Made by a program: the position numbers and the translations under genes
Notes under the pieces: model-generated
What the model saw: the letters and a program-made list of their open reading frames with translations, nothing else
Database searches by the model: none
Told to the model about the DNA's origin: nothing
Part shown: positions 15,952 to 23,264 of the stretch, one piece after another
Layout: every line of letters begins with the position of its first letter
Numbering within the stretch: the first letter of the stretch is position 1
Origin: an uncultured Parasphingopyxis sp.
Lineage (GTDB): Bacteria > Pseudomonadota > Alphaproteobacteria > Sphingomonadales > Sphingomonadaceae
Direction of reading: 5' to 3'
NCBI RefSeq assembly: GCF_937129435.1
Contig: NZ_CAKZNF010000018.1
Coordinates: 24,020-56,019, forward strand
Length of the DNA stretch: 32,000 nt

Positions 15952-16379
15952 GTCATGCTGAACTTGTTTCAGCATCCATATGCCTCATCCTATATGGCAG
16001 CGTGTGACCGAACCCAAACAGCCCTGCGTCTACATCCTCGCCAAGCGGAAACACGGCGCGCTCTACATCGGCGTAACGTCAAATCTGACAAAGCGGCTGT
16101 ATGAACATCGCACCGGAGCAGTACCCGGTCATGCGAAACGGCATTCCATCAAATGCCTCGTCCATTTCGAGCAGTTCGAAGATATGCCCAGCGCGATCGC
16201 CCGCGAGAAGCAGCTGAAAAACTGGCATCGCGACTGGAAATGCAACCTTATCGAACGCGACAATCCCGATTGGCACGACATTGCGGCGGATTGGCGGTTC
16301 GATCCGGTTTGAGGTGCGGCCGCCGTTCCATAGCCATGAGCGGTGAGGCATATGGATGCTGAAACAAGTTCAGCATGAC
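15952..16379 (+). mobile_element. 428-bp cassette: GIY-YIG nuclease gene bounded by perfect 33-bp inverted repeats of hairpin family A
   Basis: 15952-15984 GTCATGCTGAACTTGTTTCAGCATCCATATGCC is the exact reverse complement of 16347-16379. Nothing lies between the arms except the 110-aa ORF. G+C is lower than in the flanks. It sits in the convergent putA/mscS intergenic region. Confidence 0.5.
15980..16312 (+). CDS. GIY-YIG nuclease family protein (UPF0213/YhbQ-like)
   Basis: 110 aa. PCVYILAKRKHGALYIGVTSNLTKRLYEHR...AREKQLKNWHRDWK contains the GIY-YIG, Arg and Glu core motifs. The ATG lies inside the left repeat (CATATG). Confidence 0.85.
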   Translation: MPHPIWQRVTEPKQPCVYILAKRKHGALYIGVTSNLTKRLYEHRTGAVPGHAKRHSIKCLVHFEQFEDMPSAIAREKQLKNWHRDWKCNLIERDNPDWHDIAADWRFDPV

Positions 16380-16390
16380 GGCCTTCATAG

Positions 16391-17566
16391 CTAACTCCCT
16401 GTCACCACCGGGTTCGCGCCTTCGCCATCTCCGCTGGGATAGGGCATGATCGCCTCTCCGCTGGGCGCGGCCGTGAAGGTGGTCTGCGTCGGATAGGCGA
16501 ATTCGAGGCCCTCTTCGGAGAAGCGGCGGAAGATGGCGATGCCGACCTCGTGCCGGGCCTTGATGAAATCGGCATAATCGGCGCTCGGGACGTCGAACAG
16601 CACCTCATAGTCGAGGCTCGACGCACCGAAGCCGGTGAAGCCCGCGCGGGCCAGCGTGTTGCCGAGCTTCTCCACCTCCTCCTGCAGGAATTCGGGAATG
16701 CGCGCGGCGAGATCGGGCGGGGTCTGGTAGATCACGCCGACGTTGAAGATACCGCGCCGCCGCTCGAGCTGGGTGTTGTTGGAGATTTCCTTCGACAGCA
16801 ACAGCGAATTGGAGATGATCTTCTCCTCGCCGTTCACCGACCGGATCCGCGTTGTCTTCAGCCCGATCTTTTCGACCGTGCCGAAGGTGTTGTCGTAATG
16901 AATGCTGTCGCCCTTCTTGAAGGGCTTGTCGAAGATGATCGACAGCGCCGCAAACAGTTCCTCGAAGATGCCCTGCGCAGCCAAACCGATGGCGATGCCG
17001 CCGACGCCGAGGCCCGCGACAAGACCCGTCACATCGACGCCGAGATTGTCGAGCACGACAATCAGGGCCACGGCAAACACCGCGACGGTCACCGAAATGC
17101 GGATCAGCGTCATCGCCGTGCCCAGCGTTTCGGCGTGGTCCTCGTCGGTCTCGGCCCGGATCAGGATGAAACCGAGGATAATCTCGCGTACCCAGATCGC
17201 GACCTGCAGCACGGTGGTGACGGTGAACAGGAAGGTGACGACGCCATCGAGCCGTTCCGGGCTTTCGGCAAAGGTCGTCACGATCTTCGCCGAGACCATC
17301 AGCATGAACCAGTGCTTGGTCTTCCAGAGCGCTTGACCGACGACACTGGACAATGTCGTTTCGTTCGGGTTGCGATCTCGCAGCCGCCGGCCGAAGTGCC
17401 GCATCATTTCCAATATCAGATAGACGACAAGCCCGCCTGCGGCGGCGATCAGAAGCTCGACATAATGGTTCGAGACCCATTCCGAGGTGCTCGTCCAGAA
17501 ATCGGCCAGCGCATCGCTGCTCGGCATCGATATGGCCGCGTCGCCGGCTGTATTCGTCGTCGTCAT
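16391..17566 (-). CDS. Mechanosensitive ion channel family protein (MscS-like)
   Basis: 391 aa. Several N-terminal TM helices, then the MscS beta-domain signature ...IIFDKPFKKGDSIHYDNTFGTVEKIGLKTTRIRSVNGEEKIISNSLLL. Only 10 nt separate it from the topoisomerase IB gene. Confidence 0.9.
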   Translation of the reverse strand: MTTTNTAGDAAISMPSSDALADFWTSTSEWVSNHYVELLIAAAGGLVVYLILEMMRHFGRRLRDRNPNETTLSSVVGQALWKTKHWFMLMVSAKIVTTFAESPERLDGVVTFLFTVTTVLQVAIWVREIILGFILIRAETDEDHAETLGTAMTLIRISVTVAVFAVALIVVLDNLGVDVTGLVAGLGVGGIAIGLAAQGIFEELFAALSIIFDKPFKKGDSIHYDNTFGTVEKIGLKTTRIRSVNGEEKIISNSLLLSKEISNNTQLERRRGIFNVGVIYQTPPDLAARIPEFLQEEVEKLGNTLARAGFTGFGASSLDYEVLFDVPSADYADFIKARHEVGIAIFRRFSEEGLEFAYPTQTTFTAAPSGEAIMPYPSGDGEGANPVVTGS

Positions 17567-17576
17567 AAATCCCCGT

Positions 17577-18587
17577 TCAGGCTGCTTTGGCAGGCGCGGC
17601 CGGCGCTTCGAGCGTATCGAGAAATTCGATCAGGCCGCGTTCGTACCGTGAAAGATATTTGGTCTTGCGGGGCAGGTTCAACCCCCCGAAGTGTTCGGGC
17701 GCCCCATCCTTGGCGAGTTCGATGAGCGCGGGATGGACATAGCTCTTGCGGCTGATCGCCGGTGTATTGCCGAGCGATTCGGCGATCGGATCGAGCAAGG
17801 CCTTAAGAGTCATGGGCTCTTCGCCCGCGTCATGGAGCAGTTCGAAGGCAAGCGCGCTAGCGCCCCAGGTACGGAAATGCTTGGCGCTGAAATCGCCGCC
17901 CATCGTTTCGTGGATATAGTCGTTGACGTCGCAGCTCGACACGCCGTGGCGCTGGCCGTCGCTGTCGAGATACTGGAACAGCTGCTGCCCCGGCACGTCG
18001 CGGCACCGGCGGACCATACGGGCCAGCGTGCCGTCATTGATCGTGATGTTGCGCTCCTTGCCCGATTTCGCGCGATATTCGAGCCGCAGCTTGCCATGCG
18101 CAAAATGCGCGTGGCGATCGCGCAATGTCGTCGCGCCGAAGCTCTTGTTCGACTTGGCGTAGATGGAATTGCCGATCCGGACCTTGCCGAGATCGAGGAG
18201 GCGCACGACCGCGGCGAGCACCGAATCGCGTTGTAGCGAGCCCTCCGCCATATCGCTCTGCACGCGGGCGCGGATCAGCGGCAGCTTGCGGCCGAATTCG
18301 GCGCACATCTCGTATTTCGCCGCCTCGCGCTGGGCGCGGAATTCCTCGTGATAGCGATATTGCTTGCGGCCCTTTTCGTCATAGCCGGTCGCCTGGATAT
18401 GGCCGTCGGGCGAGGGGCAAATCCAGACATCGCTCCAGGCAGGGGGAACGGCGAGCGCGTTCAACCGGCCGATCTCGTCCTGATCTTCGATCCTCTCGCC
18501 ATCGGGATCGGTATAGCCCCATCCCTTGCCGTAGCGGCGGCGGGTGATGCCCGGAAGGTCATCATCGACATAGGCGATCTTGGTCAT
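17577..18587 (-). CDS. DNA topoisomerase IB (poxvirus-type bacterial TopIB)
   Basis: MTKIAYVDDDLPGITRRRYGKGWGYTDPDGERI...PPAWSDVWICPSPDGHIQATGYDEKGRKQYRYH...TLRDRH..., with the catalytic Tyr context SRKSYVHP near the C-terminus. The start at 18587 is preferred because of a GGAG upstream and because the predicted promoter lies inside the longer track ORF (to 18641). Confidence 0.85.
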   Translation of the reverse strand: MTKIAYVDDDLPGITRRRYGKGWGYTDPDGERIEDQDEIGRLNALAVPPAWSDVWICPSPDGHIQATGYDEKGRKQYRYHEEFRAQREAAKYEMCAEFGRKLPLIRARVQSDMAEGSLQRDSVLAAVVRLLDLGKVRIGNSIYAKSNKSFGATTLRDRHAHFAHGKLRLEYRAKSGKERNITINDGTLARMVRRCRDVPGQQLFQYLDSDGQRHGVSSCDVNDYIHETMGGDFSAKHFRTWGASALAFELLHDAGEEPMTLKALLDPIAESLGNTPAISRKSYVHPALIELAKDGAPEHFGGLNLPRKTKYLSRYERGLIEFLDTLEAPAAPAKAA

Positions 18588-18631
18588 GGGTAAGCGGCGC
18601 TCCTGCGTCGGCATCGCTGCCGCATCGGACA

Positions 18632-18657
18632 AACGCCACATCCCGCCGCGCGGTTCC
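18632..18657 (-). promoter_or_regulatory. EcfG-type general stress promoter (GGAAC-N17-CGTT) reading toward topIB-mscS
   Basis: On the minus strand, -35 GGAAC is the complement of 18653-18657 and -10 CGTT is the complement of 18632-18635. The spacer is exactly 17 nt. Confidence 0.45.
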
Positions 18658-18683
18658 GGAACGATGTCGGCGCCCGCACCGTT
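18658..18683 (+). promoter_or_regulatory. EcfG-type general stress promoter (GGAAC-N17-CGTT) reading toward the PfpI-family gene
   Basis: -35 GGAAC 18658-18662, -10 CGTT 18680-18683, 17-nt spacer, about 39 nt upstream of the ATG at 18722. The two -35 boxes form the palindrome GTTCCGGAAC (18653-18662). Confidence 0.5.
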
Positions 18684-18721
18684 GGTTGGAGGACAACCCG
18701 TTTGAATTGAGGAGTAAAAGC

Positions 18722-19282
18722 ATGCCCAAGTCCATCGAAGACGCGAAAATCCTGATCGTCGCCACCAACGGCTTTGAATATTCAGAACTGACCAAGCCGC
18801 GCGATATCCTCGCCGGCAAGGGCGCCAGCGTCACCCTCGCCTCGCTCGACACCGACGAGATACAGGGCGAAAGCGGCGGCGAGCCGCAGGGCAAGGTGAA
18901 GCCCGACACGACCATCGGCGAGGTATCGGCCGAAGATTTCGACGCGCTCGTCCTGCCCGGCGGGGTCGGCAATCCCGACACGCTGCGCATGGAGAAGGAC
19001 GTGGTCAGGCTGATCCAGGCGTTCGACAATGACGACAAGCCAGTGGCCGCGATCTGCCATGCTCCGTGGCTGCTGATCGAGGCCGATCTGGTCGACGGCA
19101 AGACCGCGACGAGCTGGCCTTCGGTCCGCACGGACCTCGCCAATGCCGGCGCGAACGTCGTCGATCAGGAAGTGGCCGTAGACGGCAATATCATCACCAG
19201 CCGCAACCCGGACGACATTCCCGCCTTCACCGATGCGATCATCGAAGCGGTCACGTCGAAGGCGATGGCCGAAGCCGCCTAG
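18722..19282 (+). CDS. DJ-1/PfpI family protein (type 1 glutamine amidotransferase-like, PfpI/general stress protein 18 type)
   Basis: ATG 18722 preceded by GAGGAG. MPKSIEDAKILIVATNGFEYSEL...DALVLPGGVGNPD...KPVAAICHAPWLL...VDGNIITSRNPDDIPAF has the Cys-His nucleophile elbow. Confidence 0.85.
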   Translation: MPKSIEDAKILIVATNGFEYSELTKPRDILAGKGASVTLASLDTDEIQGESGGEPQGKVKPDTTIGEVSAEDFDALVLPGGVGNPDTLRMEKDVVRLIQAFDNDDKPVAAICHAPWLLIEADLVDGKTATSWPSVRTDLANAGANVVDQEVAVDGNIITSRNPDDIPAFTDAIIEAVTSKAMAEAA

Positions 19283-19288
19283 CCTCGA

Positions 19289-20674
19289 TCAATAGCCGGG
19301 CGCAAGCTTGCTTGCGCCCGGCGCCTCGAGCTCTTCGATCATCGGCTTGAACCCCTGCGCCTTGCGTTTGCGCGCGAGATAGGTGTCGAAGCCGATCTCG
19401 ACCGATACCAGCATCCAGAAAAAGGGCTGATAGGCGATGCCGACAAAGGCGGCGCCCAGCAAGAACGTCAGATGTGCGTGTTGTAGCGCCGTCGCCAAAG
19501 GCGAGACCCACTTTTCGTCATCCGGGATGTGATCGCCGCGATAATGCCGCCTGAGCCACTCCATCCGCAAGATACCGATGCCATGGATCAACAGCCATAG
19601 ACCGAGGCCGATCCAGCCCTGTTCGCCGAGCATCTCGAAATAGGCCGAGTGAAAGGCCCGGCCCTGATCGACAACCAGCCGGCGGGTCACGCTGGTCGCC
19701 CCGCCGCCTGTCTCCGTCGCCTCGGTCGTATGATAAACGATCGCATTCTCGCGATAGATTTCAAACCCGCCGCCAAGCGGATGATCCTGCACATATTCGA
19801 ACGTCCAGCGCCACACGGCGAGCCGCGTACCCGCGCTTTCGTCGGCCTGGAAATTGCTGATCGTCCCCATCCGTTCCGAAAAGGCGGAGGGGAGGAAGGG
19901 CAGGGAAACGAGGCCCAGCAGCGCCGCGCCCGCGATATACATTCCCTTGCGCTTCACGTCGCGCAGCTGGAGCATGGCGAGAAAGGCGATGCAGACGAGC
20001 CCGGTGCGCGCCTGCGTCCCGATCGGCGTGAGCAGGCAGGCGAAGATCAGCGCATAGCAGAATACCGACACGCGCCAGTCCGGCTTGAAGACCGTCCCCC
20101 ATCTGGTGAACCAGAGCAGAATCGGAATGATCATGATCGCCGCCGTCGTCAGCGTCGAATCCTCGTAGATGCCGCTGTTGTCGTCGACCATCATGGCGAA
20201 GCTGCCATAGCCCGAGCCGCCGAGCGCGGTCTTGATCCCCGCGCCGATCACGATCGCGGCGAGCGCCAGGCACATGAACAGCAGCACGCTCTCGATCCGC
20301 AGCTTGGTGCGCAGCGTCAGCGGCAGGAAGATGGCGAAGAGCAGCGATTTCCACGCCCAGTCCCATTTCGCCCAGCTCTCGATCGGGAAGGCGGCAACAT
20401 AATATGTCGTCAGCGCGCAATAGACCAGCAGCAACGCGATCAGGATCTGCCGCGGCGCGATCCGCACATCGTCCTTCTTGTCCGCCACGATCCATCCGCC
20501 CACGGCCAGCACGAACATCACCAGCGACACCGGGATGTTGTTGAGCAGGTAGTAAGACAATCGCTGCGGCGAGACCGTATCGATATAGATATAGCCGAGG
20601 ATGAAGATGAACGGCCGCTTCAGCCCGAGCAGGCACAGCGAACCGAGAAAGCCGACAAAGCCGAGGTCACGCAC
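19289..20674 (-). CDS. O-antigen ligase-like (Wzy_C) polytopic membrane protein, resembling the exosortase-A-associated putative O-glycosylation ligase family
   Basis: About 12 TM helices. The N-terminus from the GTG at 20672-20674 reads (V)RDLGFVGFLGSLCLLGLKRPFIFILGYIYIDTVSPQRLSYYLLNNIP, as recalled for that family. The track start at 20758 adds an Arg-rich 28-aa extension, so the start is uncertain. Confidence 0.8.
   Translation of the reverse strand: MRDLGFVGFLGSLCLLGLKRPFIFILGYIYIDTVSPQRLSYYLLNNIPVSLVMFVLAVGGWIVADKKDDVRIAPRQILIALLLVYCALTTYYVAAFPIESWAKWDWAWKSLLFAIFLPLTLRTKLRIESVLLFMCLALAAIVIGAGIKTALGGSGYGSFAMMVDDNSGIYEDSTLTTAAIMIIPILLWFTRWGTVFKPDWRVSVFCYALIFACLLTPIGTQARTGLVCIAFLAMLQLRDVKRKGMYIAGAALLGLVSLPFLPSAFSERMGTISNFQADESAGTRLAVWRWTFEYVQDHPLGGGFEIYRENAIVYHTTEATETGGGATSVTRRLVVDQGRAFHSAYFEMLGEQGWIGLGLWLLIHGIGILRMEWLRRHYRGDHIPDDEKWVSPLATALQHAHLTFLLGAAFVGIAYQPFFWMLVSVEIGFDTYLARKRKAQGFKPMIEELEAPGASKLAPGY
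19295..19322. terminator. 12-bp perfect hairpin just downstream of the PfpI gene, embedded in the last codons of the convergent ligase-like gene
   Basis: GCCGGGCGCAAG-cttg-CTTGCGCCCGGC. It starts 13 nt after the PfpI stop. No strong T-tract follows. Confidence 0.35.
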
Positions 20675-20834
20675 GCTGGCTGTCCCCCTCCGCCTTGGGC
20701 GCCCGGCCGAAAATGTCGCGCGGCGCTGCCTCCGGATCGGCGGCGTCGTCATCGACATCAGGCCGGAACGCCAGCCGCCAGGCGGCGATGAGCATCAGCC
20801 CATGGCTCAGCGCTAGCGAGAAAAGGTCGATCAT
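20667..20834 (-). CDS. Possible small membrane protein (55 aa) upstream of and overlapping the ligase-like gene
   Basis: MIDLFSLALSHGLMLIAAWRLAFRPDVDDD... has one hydrophobic helix. Its stop overlaps the proposed GTG start of the next gene (GTGCGTGA). Weak RBS; it could instead start at 20891. Confidence 0.3.
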   Translation of the reverse strand: MIDLFSLALSHGLMLIAAWRLAFRPDVDDDAADPEAAPRDIFGRAPKAEGDSQRA

Positions 20835-20943
20835 GGCGTGTTCCGGTCTCCGGGCGTCGGGCCGCATGCGGACCCTGGGCGTCTGTGCCATTTAGCGCCG
20901 AGCGGTTGACGGGCCGTTAAGCAGTTCGTGGCAGAGAGCCGGC

Positions 20944-22146
20944 ATGCGGATCCTGCACGTCCTCGACCATTCGATGCCGCTGCACAGCGGCTATACCTTT
21001 CGCACGCGCGCCATCCTGAAAGCGCAGATCGCGCGCGGCTGGGACGTCGCCGGAGTGACCGGCGTGCGTCACACGCAAGACGGCCCGCCGGTCGAGGAGG
21101 TCGACGGCCTCACCTTCTACCGCACCCCGCCGATCGCCAGGGTGCCGAGCCCGCTGCGCGAGGTGCGCGAAATCGGCGCGCTGGCGAAACGGATCGGCGA
21201 GGTGATCGAGGAGTGGCAGCCCGATCAGCTCCACGCCCATTCGCCGGTGCTGAACGCGCTCGCGGCGCAGCGTGCGGCAGACAAATACACGCTTCCGCTG
21301 CTCTACGAGATTCGCGCCTTCTGGGAAGATGCGGCCGTGGGCAACGGCACGGGCCGCGAGGGATCGGCCAAATATCTCGCGACCAAGATGATGGAGACGC
21401 ATGCGGCCAAGCAAGCCGATGCGGTCGCCGTGATTTGCGAGGGGCTGCGGCAGGACCTGATCAAGCGCGGCGTATCGGGCGACAAGATTATCGTCTCGCC
21501 TAATGGCGTCGACATGGCGCTGTTCGGCGAGCCGGGGCCGCGCGACGAAAAGCTGGCCGACGAACTCGGCTTCGAGGACGGCGAGGTCATCGGCTTCATC
21601 GGCAGCTTCTACGATTATGAGGGACTGGACGACCTGATCCACGCGATGCCCGCCCTGATCGCGATCCGCCCGCACGCAAGGCTTTTGCTCGTCGGCGGCG
21701 GGCCGATGGAGGCGGCGCTGAAGGCGCAGGCCGAAGCCTCGCCCGTCGCCCATGCGATCCATTTCACCGGCCGCGTTCCGCATCACGAGGTCGAGCGCTA
21801 TTACAGCCTCATCGATATCCTCTGCTATCCGCGCAAGAAGATGCGGCTGACCGATCTCGTCACGCCGCTCAAACCGCTCGAAGCGATGGCGCAGCGGCGG
21901 CTCGTCGCGGCCTCGGATGTCGGCGGCCATCGCGAGCTGATCGAGGACGGGGTGACGGGCACATTGTTCGCCCCGGAAGACCCGGGCGCCATCGCCGCTG
22001 CGCTCGCCGGGCTCTTCGCCAACCGGTCGGAATGGGAAGAACGGCGGGAAACCGCGCGGAAATTCGTCGAGAAAGATCGTAACTGGTCGTCAAACATTTC
22101 CCGTTATGCCCCTGTTTACCAAAAACTTACGGGCAAGGCGGTATAG
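20944..22146 (+). CDS. Family 4 glycosyltransferase, resembling the PEP-CTERM/exosortase A (XrtA)-system-associated glycosyltransferases
   Basis: 400 aa. MRILHVLDHSMPLHSGYTFRTRAILKAQIARGWDV... N-terminus and a GT4 C-terminal EX7E region (...PLKPLEAMAQRRLVAASDVGGHRELIEDGVTG). Confidence 0.9.
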   Translation: MRILHVLDHSMPLHSGYTFRTRAILKAQIARGWDVAGVTGVRHTQDGPPVEEVDGLTFYRTPPIARVPSPLREVREIGALAKRIGEVIEEWQPDQLHAHSPVLNALAAQRAADKYTLPLLYEIRAFWEDAAVGNGTGREGSAKYLATKMMETHAAKQADAVAVICEGLRQDLIKRGVSGDKIIVSPNGVDMALFGEPGPRDEKLADELGFEDGEVIGFIGSFYDYEGLDDLIHAMPALIAIRPHARLLLVGGGPMEAALKAQAEASPVAHAIHFTGRVPHHEVERYYSLIDILCYPRKKMRLTDLVTPLKPLEAMAQRRLVAASDVGGHRELIEDGVTGTLFAPEDPGAIAAALAGLFANRSEWEERRETARKFVEKDRNWSSNISRYAPVYQKLTGKAV

Positions 22147-22148
22147 CC

Positions 22149-23180
22149 ATGAACATGAATTTGGATGCGCTCAGAGCCGGTAAGCCGGCATTCCTCGCCC
22201 GCCTGCCGAAGGTGCCGGTGGCTTCCGCCATATCGGGCCTTATCGTGGCAGCGCTGATCCTGATGACGCCGAACACGCTGTTCGAAGCGTTCATCGTCCA
22301 GACCGGCCTTCCCGGCATGATTGACGCCGCCGCGCCGCCGCTCGGTGCCAAGGCGCGGATCGTGTTCGCGCTGATCGCCGCCGTCATCGTCACGATCGGC
22401 GCCTGGGTCGCATTGTCGATCCTGCTGCGCGATCGCGGCGGCGATACGGCGTACGGCTATGGCCATGACGAAGAAAACGGCCTGCCGCCGCGACGCCGCG
22501 CCGACAGCCATCCCGACCACCCGGCCCGCGCACCGCTGATGGCGCATGACCTGGGCGCGCCGCTCGATCTCGTCACCGTGGCGCCCGACGAGCCCTCAGA
22601 CGACTTCGCCGATTTCGGCCCCGCCGACGCCCCCGCGTTCGGCGAGCCCGAACAGCCCTTCGAGCCGGCGCCCGCCGCGTTCGATCCGCCTGCCGAACAG
22701 AGCCCGCGCTTCGCGCCCGACGCGCCGAGCTGGGAAGAGCCGTTTGCGCCGCAGCCCGAGCCCGCACAGTCGACTCAGTCCTTCGAGCCGCCGGCGTTCG
22801 AAACGCCCGCCTTCGACCCGCCGGCACATAATCCGCAACAGGCCGAAACGCCCGCTGCGCCCGAGCCGGAACCTGCGCCGGAACCTGTCGCCCAGGAGCA
22901 GGAGCCGGAACCCGTCTTCACCGTTCCGCTCAAACCGCGCCCGGCTGCCGGCGAACCGGCGACCGAAGCGAGCGGACCGCAACCGGCTCCGCCGCAGCGC
23001 GATGTGCAATCGGAACTGGGCGAACTGATAGACCGGCTCGAAGCCGGCCTTGCCCATCGCCGGGAGCGGCTCAACAAGCAGGCGCAGCCCGAAGCCGCCG
23101 CACCGGAAGCCGCGACCACCGATGGCGCGCTGCGCGAGGCGCTCGACGCGCTGCAACGGCTGACCGCCAAGGGCGCCTGA
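22149..23180 (+). CDS. Hypothetical membrane-anchored Pro/Glu/Ala-rich protein with a C-terminal coiled-coil-like tail
   Basis: 343 aa. The ATG is 2 nt after the GT4 stop. Two N-terminal TM helices, a low-complexity acidic proline-rich region (FEPPAFETPAFDPPA...PEPEPAPEPVAQEQEPEP), and a C-terminal helical segment (ELIDRLEAGLAHRRERL). Confidence 0.65.
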   Translation: MNMNLDALRAGKPAFLARLPKVPVASAISGLIVAALILMTPNTLFEAFIVQTGLPGMIDAAAPPLGAKARIVFALIAAVIVTIGAWVALSILLRDRGGDTAYGYGHDEENGLPPRRRADSHPDHPARAPLMAHDLGAPLDLVTVAPDEPSDDFADFGPADAPAFGEPEQPFEPAPAAFDPPAEQSPRFAPDAPSWEEPFAPQPEPAQSTQSFEPPAFETPAFDPPAHNPQQAETPAAPEPEPAPEPVAQEQEPEPVFTVPLKPRPAAGEPATEASGPQPAPPQRDVQSELGELIDRLEAGLAHRRERLNKQAQPEAAAPEAATTDGALREALDALQRLTAKGA

Positions 23181-23187
23181 CGCAAAA

Positions 23188-23216
23188 AAGGGGAGAGGCC
23201 TGAAGCCCCTCCCCTT
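23188..23216. terminator. Intrinsic terminator hairpin between convergent genes (best fit for the minus-strand peroxiredoxin gene)
   Basis: AAGGGGAGAGGC-ctgaa-GCCCCTCCCCTT, preceded by AAAAAA on the plus strand, which is a U-tract after the hairpin on the minus strand. Confidence 0.6.
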
Positions 23217-23264
23217 CTTGCGACCCGAAAGACGTTGCCTCCGGGCTATTTGCTTCGCTCCGCG

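Noticed and set aside
16550-17725. 391-aa + ORF opposite mscS, and the 291-aa minus alternative frame
   Set aside because: The MscS signature and TM helices are in the 16391..17566 minus frame only.
19649-21930. 380-aa + ORF (19649..20791) and 337-aa minus ORF (20917..21930)
   Set aside because: They are antisense to the polytopic ligase-like protein and to the GT4 glycosyltransferase respectively. The translations are Arg/Asp-rich and low in complexity.
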